In this document: positions 48,310-59,029 of the stretch, one piece after another
How the letters are laid out: each line of letters begins with the position of its first letter
How positions within the stretch are numbered: the first letter of the stretch is position 1
DNA from: Tubulanus polymorphus
Lineage: Eukaryota > Animalia > Nemertea
Direction: 5' to 3'
Length of the DNA: 64,000 nt
Assembly: GCF_964204645.1 (NCBI RefSeq)
Contig: NC_134035.1
Span: 7,286,451-7,350,450, forward strand
Translations under genes and position numbers: made by a program
Notes under the pieces: model-generated
What the model was told of the DNA's origin: nothing
Databases searched by the model: none
The model's input: the letters and a program-made list of their open reading frames with translations, nothing else

Positions 48310-48958
48310 GGCTTCAAATGTGGCGCCTCAAATCACAAAGCCCGTGATTGTACCATGAATCAACCGAACGATACAACAACCACCGAAGCGAGTGATTATT
48401 GTGAGAATCTGCCAAACGATCAGACCAATACTACTACTAATAAAGTATTAGTAATCGGTGACTCCAACCTCCGTGACGTCGAGTTTCCGGATGGCATTGT
48501 TGTTTGTCAACCGGGTGCTAGCAGTGAAAACCTGTCATTAGCTATGGCCAAAACAACTGAACAATTCAATGATGCACAGATCCATTTTTCGAGTATTATC
48601 CCAAGAAAAGGGAACTCCAACAACGTGAAGGAATATAACAGCCTTGCGATAGTGAATAACCATATAAAAAAAACTATGTGTTGAACAAAAAATCACGTTT
48701 ATCGATAACGACCCTGTTTTGAAACTTAAACCGTCCGGTAAAGCTTTGGACCACTTTTATTCGCCCACCGACAAAAGTGGCATTCACCTCAGTCAAACCG
48801 GTAAGCTAGCGTTGCTTAAAAACTTTTGCGAGGTAATAGATGGCGTTTCCGGTGATTCTTTCTGCACACCGATTTCCGCAAAACGCAAGGAGCGGTCCCT
48901 ATCCGAAACACCACCTTCAATAGAGAATAATAGGAAAAAGCAATATGTTGAACATTGA
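48310..48958 (+). pseudogene. LINE ORF1 remnant: CCHC knuckle + SGNH esterase
   Basis: FKCGASNHKARDC; VLVIGDSNLR; DKSGIHLSQTG. Confidence 0.7.
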
Positions 48959-48985
48959 TTGTGATCCTTGCAATTTTGTACGAAC

Positions 48986-51337
48986 ATGACTAAATCCGAT
49001 TCTGATATTCCCAGTGCAAACAACAGTTGTTTGTATCTTAATGTTGATGAGGATTTTCCTCTTGAACGGGGAAAGCTATCTATTATTTCACATAATATCA
49101 GAAGCCTGAACAAAAATTTTGACTGTTTTACCAACTTTCTGACTTGCAGTAACGGCCAATTTTCGGTCATTGGTTTGACCGAAACTTGGACAAATTCTAA
49201 TATTTCTAACTCCAATTTATATTAAATTAATGGCTACTCGAGTATTTTCAAGTCTCGCGCCAATGGTCAACATGGCGGTGGCGTAGCTTTATTTCTTATA
49301 GAGAATTTAAATTTCAAAGTTCGGACGGACTTGTCATCTAAGTATCTAACCTTTGAATCGTTATTCATCGAAATTGTTTCAGAAAAAAAAATCTAATATT
49401 ATTATTGGAGTAATATACAGACCTCCAGGAGGAAAATTACCTACGTTTCAAGATGAATTCGAAGTCTTAATGGCTAAAATTACTCGCGAGAACAAACTTT
49501 GCTATTTAATGGGGGATTTTAAAATTGATCTCATTAAATATGATATGCACAAACATACAGAAATTTTTCTCGAAACATTATTCTCCTATTCCTTTTCACC
49601 GTTGATTGACAAGCCCACGCGAGTGACTTGTGACTCTACTTCTTTAATTGATAATATATTTTGTAACGATTTGAGAAACATTCATAAATCTGGGATTTTC
49701 ATCACCGACCTTTCGGATCATTATCCAATATTTACTATTTGTAGTGGTGAAGAGCCTCTGTCTGATAAACAACCTTATAAAACTAGAATCTTTTCGCAGC
49801 GTAATATTTCTAAATTTCAAAGATTATTTATCAATATTAGCTGGAGTGAAGTTTATTCTTCTGATAATCCTTGTTCCGCTTACTCTGCCTTTATTGAAAA
49901 AATTTCTTCAGTTTTTAATCAAGTTTTTCCTTTGGTATCTGTTAAGCCAACCGATCCATCATTTCACAAACCTTGGATAACTCCTGGTATTGTCACAGCA
50001 ATTAAAACAAAAAACAGGCTCTATAGGAAACTAGTTCGATCTCGTTCTAATAAAATAAAAACCAAGTATAATTCGTACAAAGCTTATTAACAAAGCTGAA
50101 TCTGTTTATTATTCTTAAAAGTTACTTGCTGCTGGAAATGATATGAAGAAAAAGTGGAATCTGTTGAACACAAGTGCCGTACAAGGGGTATATAGAACCA
50201 GACTGACGCCTAGCCAAGAATTCACAGGTTTAAATACAGTGCTGGTCATAAGCGCGAAAAATGTTTAAGTTTGCGCAACAAAATGATGAATTGCAGGATT
50301 TAATACGCTTCGAAACAAGTACAATCACACTACTGAGTGTTGAATACATTATAGAAATAGCTCTAAAGAAATACAATAAATCGACATATCTATATGAAAT
50401 ACACCAGTTTCCAACAAAAGGTATCAATTGGTGTACCGCAGGGTTCCATTTTAGGCCCTTTACTCTTTATTTTATACATAAACGATTGCGTTAATGCATA
50501 CAAGTTGCTCCAATTTATTCTTTTTGCCGATGATACCAATTGTTTTTATGGCCATACAAATATTAATGAATTGGTTTCTACAGTAAATTCAGAACTAGTA
50601 AAACTTGGTATCTGGTTTCAAGTGAACAAACTTTCTTGAAACATTAAGAAATGTCACTTCATGATTTTTGGTAATGCAAATCACTTCAATTTTCCCATTC
50701 GTTTAAATGGTGAATTAATCAAACATATTCACAGTACAAATTTCTTAGGTCTTTTCATAGATGATAAATTAAATTGGGATGTCCATATCAAAAATATTTG
50801 TTGTAAGGTTTCACGCTCCATTGGAATTCTGAATAGATTTAAAAAACATTTCCCATAATATCTACTTATTACCCTTTATCATAGTTTTGTTTGTCCTCAT
50901 TTACAATATTGTAATCTAATCTGGGGTAGTAGCTATGCAAATAAGCTTAATGCACTCTTTTTATTACAAAAAAGGCAATAAGAATAATTAATAAATCCCA
51001 TTATCTTGAACACACAGATCCTATCTTCACGAAATCAAACATTCTAAAATTGAAACACATTACTAAATTTCAACTCAGTGTATTCATGTTCAAATTCAAT
51101 AACTCACAATTGCCAAATTCTTTCAACCATTATTATCAAAGGAATATAAATATACACTCGCATTCAACTAGAAACAATAATTCTTTCCGTATTGCTAGAT
51201 TCACGACCAACAAAACTCAATTTTCTGTGAAAATCTCTGGTCCTGTTGCTTGGAACAATTTGCCACAAAGTCTGAAAAATCGTTCGTGTATCCATATTTT
51301 CAAGAAAAAACTTAAATTGTATCTCATTAATTTGTGA
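48986..51337 (+). pseudogene. LINE ORF2 remnant (APE + RT); central part deleted, unrelated ~250 bp at 50170-50415
   Basis: HNIRSL, IGLTETW, GVIYRPP, MGDF, SDHYPIF, PWIT, GVPQGSILGPLLF, LFADDT, FLGLFID. Confidence 0.9.
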
Positions 51338-51430
51338 TTCTGAATTTTCCAAGTTAATCTTTAATGCTTTTGTATCTGTCATCTGTTACCAGAGCGCAAT
51401 AATGTATGTATGTTAGTGAGATTGACAGCG

Positions 51431-51598
<168 letters not shown>

Positions 51599-51801
51599 AC
51601 ATGTTTGGTGTAGGTATATGACTGTATGCGCGTATGTGTATGTGTTCGTCTGTTCGCGTGAATCTGTGTGTGTTGTGGGATTAGAAACTTTCATAAGCCT
51701 TTGTTGGCTTCATCTAATCTCCCCGCATTATATTAAAATGTCCCATACTTGTATATTTTTGTATATCCTTGTGGTATGTTGTCATTTATTGTGGAAATGA
51801 A

Positions 51802-52000
51802 TTATTATTATTGTCATCGTCATCGTCTTCGTCTTCGCCTTCGCCTTCGCCTCCTTCTCCTTCTCCTTCTCCTTCTCCTTCTCCTTCTTCACCTTCACCT
51901 TCACCTTCACCTTCACCTTCACCTTCACCATCACCATCACCATCACCATCACCATCACCATCACCATCACCATCATTATCATTATCATTATTATTATTTA
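51802..52000. repeat. Compound tri/hexanucleotide microsatellite
   Basis: att, cgtcat, cgtctt, cgcctt, ctcctt, cacctt, caccat, cattat, att blocks. Confidence 0.95.
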
Positions 52001-53513
52001 TCCCACTGGCTAATATAAAGAAGTCTGCTGTTATGCAGTCACTTTCATCAGCGTTAAAATTTTGTATTGTGTAGAATTTTCAGCGCGGTGAAAATAAGGA
52101 GATAAAAAAGGCTTTTTTTATTTTCTGTTTTACATCACATCATTTTATAGTTAATTTCAATCGACACTTCATTCATTGCAAATGCATTTAATCAGGCTTT
52201 TTTACAAATTGTCTATGAAATTGCGACCGAGAAATATCCGAGGGAGATTTCTAATGAGAGAGCAAACATTAAAGTAAGAATATCGGTGAATAACATCAAC
52301 ACAATAAGAACTTCGAGGGTCATAGTTTTTTTAATTATAATCTAGATATATTCAAAAATTATACTGGGCTATTCATATATTTATGTAAATCATTTTGCTT
52401 TTTAAACGGCGTTTCACAATGTCGTGAGTTAAGATGTGAAATCTAGAGTTAAAAAGAAATGAAATGAATCCGACATAACACGACCATCAATGCGTTAAAA
52501 GTAAAACGATGGTTTGTGCAATATTTAACACAATCGGATCAGACAGAATTGATTAGAATCCGAAAATTCCGCTCGTCCGCTCCTTCTTAAATTTTTGCTC
52601 AAGATGGAGAATTTTCGGCAGCCAGCCTAAATATAAATATAAAAGAAATACGAAAAATATTCAAACTGCGATAACGAGTTTTCTGCCTAGCAGCATCATT
52701 GACATTCAAACCTCATGGGAATTACAAACAACAAGAAACCTATGAGGTTTGTAGCTTCGGTTCTATGTTATAATGTTATGCATTCATACATGTATAACCA
52801 GGTAACATCACCATTGTTGGGTGAAAATTATGTTTGCATCGTTAAAGGAACAGTAACCAAATGTTTAAATCAGTATTTCAGAACAGCCACGGCAAACACT
52901 CCTCGGACATGAACAAAATACGGTAGTTGAATGACTCATTGATATTTAATTGAAAATATTTTCAAAAAATATCGCAATATTCAATCTTTGCACGAAAAGA
53001 TAACATTGCATATAGACCTTGTAATGACAGGTAGTCCGTCAACACAAACAACATTATGAGTTGTAACAATATTGATATAAAAAGATTTCAGCACTTTTTC
53101 ATTATAACTTCAAATTGTTTAACCATTCTTCTGGTAATACTGGTTAAAAGAATTTGACAATTGTTAGCCTTTCATTTTTTTCCATTATTTACCTATCTAC
53201 ATGTCTATTTGTAATCAATACATCAAACGTTGCTACTTCAATCCACTGGACTCTGAAGTCCTCTTGGCCAATAAAATATGCTCAATACAGCGACATGGAA
53301 ATTGGGATTAGGTTGTGCTACATTTTGTAGACGATTCCATTTTCGATAAATTTTGCGACCATTCGACGTGTGATCTAATACGGCTTGTACGGTGACATAT
53401 AATGCTTGAGAAATGTATATATCATATGCATGAAATTTACGGAATATTCACTGATTACTATGGTGGCTGATAAGGGCCATAGCGTAAAATTCCTGGTATG
53501 TAAATGAGGGCGC

Positions 53514-54112
53514 TGTTGTGGGGGTCCTCTTTCCCAGTGTCCGGGTGACGTGTGTTGACCACCTGCGTTGTTTGCGTTTCACCAGCGTAGTTCCTTGGGG
53601 TTCTTCTCATAAATTAACTACAACTAGCTTTTCTATCGATCCAGATCTTTATTCTTATACTCTCTTCTTACAATCTTCCTAGCACGTCCCCTCTAGTTCT
53701 AACCACTAGCTCAACCGACCCAGCTCTACCGACCAAGCTTTCGACCCCACTGCATTAAAACCCTCCCTTTTTATACTTATTCTTCCTTCGCTCGTGACGT
53801 ATATTTCCACACCGCTTGGCCTCATCGCCAGAGACGTCTTATTCTATTACTACAGTCCTACTGGCCATGTAAATCATTTCTACGTGTGTTATACGTCACG
53901 AGCGCTAAATTTATAACTCAACTTTCCAGAGCTCAAGGCTGCTGCTATAACAAGCTTTCCCACGTAGACACCCACGTCACTCTCACCTATCTTCTATGCT
54001 TCTCTCTTATGTGTGACGTAAGTATTCACGTAGGTCGCCTGCTAACCGCAACTACTGCCTTGAACTCCGGCTTATTTCCCACTGTCTAAATAGGTAATTT
54101 ATTACTCCAATA
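53514..54112 (-). repeat. 3' LTR
   Basis: Three visible differences from 63273-63872; minus-strand TATAAAAA 53768-53775 and AATAAA 53648-53653. Confidence 0.95.
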
Positions 54113-54126
54113 CCATCCCCCTTTCC
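54113..54126 (-). promoter_or_regulatory. Polypurine tract
   Basis: ggaaagggggatgg abutting the 3' LTR. Confidence 0.85.
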
Positions 54127-54538
54127 AGACGATTGTACCCCCAATCGCCAAAAAAATACTGAAGCCCGTTTACACTTCCAAAGATTTTTTTTAAGAGCAA
54201 TAGTGCAAAATCAGTACCCCTTACTTCCATAAACAACTTTTTCTTTTTTGTTTTTCTTTTTTAACAACTTTCACCTCTTGAACTTCACCGTAAGGCAATA
54301 AAAATGGTGCTTTATGATAAATGATACAACAATCTTGCAACTGACGCACATAAATTTTCAACATCTGGATGGTAGAGAGAGAAAAAAAACCCATTATTTT
54401 TTCCTGACCAGCAACAATAACAGTACACCTGGCCAAAAAGTCACCCTTAATACTGAGTAAAATCCCCATCTCTGAAACATTCTACTTCCATCCGCCATAA
54501 AGACTAAACCCTCATTACCATCCGGATTATCATTCACA

Positions 54539-54873
54539 ATGGACCCGATAGAGTTTTTCGGTAAGCAACTTATTTTGAATACTTATAAACTAACACACCA
54601 ACCATTTTGTACAGTTTTATCATTACATGCGATAATACATTATGCGCCACTCTTGCACTTTGTTATTTTAAACGATCACATCGCCCCTGATAAGATCTAT
54701 TACCCCATGCGCTATTTCTAAAAATGTGAACAATATAATACCAGAAAAACCTTGAATTTTAACAATGTTAGTCATGTAACTATAATTACTAATTGTAAAA
54801 ACGTTAATTGCACTTCAGTCCATTTCATTACCGTTGTATTATATTATGCAGCAATACTTTTATATATACAATC

Positions 54874-54904
<31 letters not shown>

Positions 54905-55918
54905 TCAGCACTACCAAGGTACTGTACGGCAACGTACGAATACCGTGCTTCAAAGCATGAAGTATATAAAATTAGAAACCTCAAAATTAACAACATATAT
55001 ATCTCATCCTGTCATATTTTGTTTTTCATATCAGCCTCACTGGTCCTACACATGCTGTATGGCTTTATTCTAGCACAGCCCGGTAAGACTTCTTAATTCA
55101 TTTTATGTACCAAAAAAAACAATTTATAACTGCTTTTTCTAATATACTTTTGCAACGCAGGCAACCGACAACAATTATTAAACATAATTCGGGCTGCCAC
55201 CGACGACTTACGCGCCGCGTTTTCAGGTATACATTATATATATCCCTCTTTACAACCATAGTTCATACGTATTTATTTATTCATTGCGTATACCATTAGT
55301 TATATGTTCTAATGCTAATAATTATACTATGGCAACGCCACGAACACAATTCCACATGTTACCTCTATATATATTGTCTATTTACGCAGGGCTCCCAGTT
55401 CCATCCACCCCATCCCCAACACGAGGGCAACATACGGCGCGGCAAAGGGGCACGGGAAGGGGGTAACCAAGCGGCGGCACCCTCCGCATGCATCCCTATT
55501 CCCGTCGTACTAACGCGCCCTCAGACCAGAGCGTGGACCCCTCGCCCTCCGGTCTGGGGCCACAACCTCCACCCTATAACCGCATGTCCCCATCCCCCAG
55601 TACCTCTTCTCCCAACCCAACTCCTTTTCTCGACCTTTCTCAGCACCCCCTCCTATCACTTGGAGTTCCCGATTCCCCTCCTGTACCTGATTCCCCCCTC
55701 TTACCTGGTCCCCATTCCCGATATCCGATCCTTCACATCCCTGATACCCCTGCTAGCCCTTCTGCAAGCAGCACCTCCAGCTCCCTGCCGTCGCTGGCTA
55801 GCTACTTCCCACCTCCTTCACCTACAAATTCCAGTGGCAGCGAACCCGGTAAGAATTTTATAAAATATACAAGCAAATATAACAAATTCGTATTTCAGTC
55901 CGAGAAATTACAATATGA
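54539..55918 (+). pseudogene. Putative spliced antisense accessory gene of the LTR element (~204 codons, one in-frame TAA)
   Basis: Exons 54539-54560, 55035-55082, 55161-55226, 55390-55848, 55899-55918; all GT-AG and phase 1; internal exons 48, 66, 459 nt. Confidence 0.55.
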
Positions 55919-56539
55919 ACCATATGGGAATTAAAAAAAAACTTATGCAAATACAAATCCTATATTTCAGAACGAGAAGAATGACCAGATCTATTTACAC
56001 TCACTGGAGTTCGTTTCTTTTTATACCACATTTAGTATGATAATACAAATTTAGTTAGATACAAAACCACCAACTTCTCTTCCCCTTTTTTTGGAAGTAA
56101 GCATTATTAAAACAGTATACACCGAAAGTTTCCCTTTTTTATTATGTTCCTCTCCCTTTCCATACACTGACCGCCTCGATCTTTAACCGTTTAAGATGGT
56201 TTGTCCAACCTGTCCCGACTCCAATCAACGACGTAAATTAATACTGATGCCAAGTACATCATTTAGTTGATTATCGTGTGCCCAGCACATGTTGGCAACA
56301 GACAGCTTCAACAATTAATGAATAATTCCATAATAATTTTCTAAGTGCATTTTATAAAGATGAGCCGAAATTTATGCAAAAATGGATATACTGATCAGAT
56401 ACATCTGAATCGCCGAGATGTCAGCCGCTAGTCCCCACCCATTGCCTCAGAAAGCAAATTCATCCGTAGTCTAGGCAGGGATAACATGTACTGCTATTTG
56501 TGGCGAAGAGTCGTTATAGACAGGCTGGCCGCCATATCT

Positions 56540-58977
56540 CTATGGGAGGTCGTCACTCATTAAGACTGCATCCCGCTGATGCACCATCCAAAATTTAGTA
56601 AAAATTTCCCCACTACACAATCTCCTTAGCGGCTTATTGAAAAGCCGACTGGCGTAAATTGTTTTAATGAAGCAGTTCGTGCAAGGGGTATTTTTATCAT
56701 ATGTAACATTGATTGCAACCAACGGTCCGTATGTTTTGATCTTAATCTCTGCCAACGGCTGGACGGCCTTGACTTCCTCCCATAAATGAGGAGATACGAA
56801 CCCTAAATGTAAAACAGCCGACGCCCCATCATGATTATAAACTTCGGCTAAGACCTCTGCAGACAGCCTAGGAGAGGAACATGACGCTAATGATATCTGC
56901 CACCGACGTCTACTCATAAACCGCCACCCGTCAGTAAAAAAATACCGCAGTGTCGAGTATACGACCATACCTACAACTGCCCATTCAATTATAGCCTCCC
57001 AATCTAACAAGGTTTCCGATGCCTTCCTAATCGCAGACAAGTCAATATCCAACTGTTCGTGAATTATGTCCAAATTCCCTGCCTCTACACTTTTAACCAT
57101 TGTTAAAGCGGTCCCTGCCGCCGCCCATGCCTTATATCGTTTGCATAAAACCGCCGATACTATTATTGCCACAATTACTAACGAAATCAGAATATAACCA
57201 CCGATTTTCAAAGAACTATGTGTCCCCCTAATTTCTGACCGTAAATAATCGGACCTACTTGTATACGCTATCTTGTCACGGCTTATAGCCTGCGCCAATT
57301 TTTTAAAATCAGCTTCCTTAGCGTTTTCAGCCCGTATCACATTATCCCATTCATGTCCTTCTATATTAAAATCAGGCAGTGTGATACGCGGAATTTTAGA
57401 ATATAATACCTCTGTTTGCATATTATCAATATCATCCTCTTTACCCAAAAGTAATGCCGCCGGTATGTTAACGGGATATAATCGAGTTATTCTATCATGA
57501 CCTTTTTCACAATTTTTTAAAGTTGGCGAAAGCGTAAAGTATTTCGAATTCAACCCACAATGACATTGCAAGGTGACAACACAAAAATCACAGACCGGAA
57601 CCCTAATTGGTGGATCCAGTCCACATTGGGAAATCCAATCATCTCGCTTGTCGTGAATGGATATCAAATATTTATTGGTTGTCAACAGGACCGCCTGAGA
57701 CAGAGGCGCCACGGAAGTATATGTCAGATCACACTGCCCAATTAGATCCTTAGGATTATCAAAGAAAAGTGCAGACGCGCATGATTTTTGTGTTCGCGTA
57801 TAGATAATCCATCTGGTAATCCATCTGCACAATTCTGTATATAACGTCCTTGGCAAAGCGAATAAGTGGCTTCATCAATCAACACGTAAGTTTGCAAATT
57901 CTTACTAACGCCAAAGAAGCGGGGGAGGTTAATTATTTTTGTATACACCGTAGCGGTTGCATTAACCGGAAGGTGAAAAGATAATATATTATACAAACGA
58001 AAATGCGTATTTTTTGCTTGTATTGGGATCTGCATATGAACCACTATATATTCACGAGTCCTGACAGTAAACGTTCGCGCGTGCGAATAATAATAACTCG
58101 GGGTTTGATGTGCCAGCTCAAACATGGGGTAAAAATTCTTCAATGTAACGCGAATTTTTGATAAGATTTCCTGGAGACTTGTTACCGGAATTAACTCTAC
58201 AGGTAGTCTATTTGATAGTAAAACGTTAGTGGAGCGCAACCACGCGGCCATGTGGCTGCTGATAGCCTCAATAACATCCCCATAATTAATGGAATACCGC
58301 ACTACGTATGATAGTGCATGTACCCTTGCTTGTAAACGAGCCTGATTCATAGTATTATTTACAACGAATTCCGAAAGTTTTGACATATAATCTCTGTTTT
58401 GTCGTACTAGAGACTTGACTAACTTAAATCTAGAATCTGTTACGTTGGCAAAGCTAGTTAACCGTTCTTGTAACTGGACAATAGCTTTATGATCTAATTT
58501 TTGTAATGCATCAAACTTATTCATATGTCTTTCCACTATTTGTAACTGCTCAGTAGTGGCGACCCCAAAAATCAAACTGGCGACATCTCCGATGAATGAT
58601 AGTGGTGTTCGTTTCATACGGCCTTCTCTTCTTGTACTCGGAATTTCAACAGGTAATAATGATTCAATCATACGCCTGGAACTGTTAAATTTTTGATCAG
58701 CTCGGATTTTACGCAAACGCATTAGGCGAAACATTTTCTCTATTTGTCGGCATTCGGCATTGGGCATTCCACACGTCATATTAGGAATTGTCATCGAAAA
58801 CCGGGAAACATCTACTAAAGGAATCATAACACTATGTTCCCATTTTGTTGCTGCTACATTTATCTCGTCAACTGGCTGGAACACTACTCCAGCCCCCATC
58901 CGTAGCTCTGCATCCCATGCAGCCATTGGTCCTATCCACGACCAAATCATAACGATATGAACTATACTCCGAACCAT
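56540..58977 (-). pseudogene. env: Envelope glycoprotein (class I, F-protein-like), one frameshift near 57795
   Basis: Signal peptide, furin site RMKR then fusion peptide TPLSFIGDVASLIFGVAT, heptads, Cys-rich CDFCVVTLQCHC, TM IGGYILISLVIVAIIVSAVLC. Confidence 0.85.
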
Positions 58978-59029
58978 GGTTCCTAAAACAACATTTTAAA
59001 TCATAACTTCTTGATTTCCTAACAATTTC

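Noticed and set aside
53886-54089. 67-aa ORF repeated at 63646
   Set aside because: Duplicated only because it lies in the LTR; GTG start, no motif
55312-55863. 183-aa ORF overlapping the Pro-rich exon
   Set aside because: C-rich sequence lacks stops in several frames; this frame does not fit the splice phases
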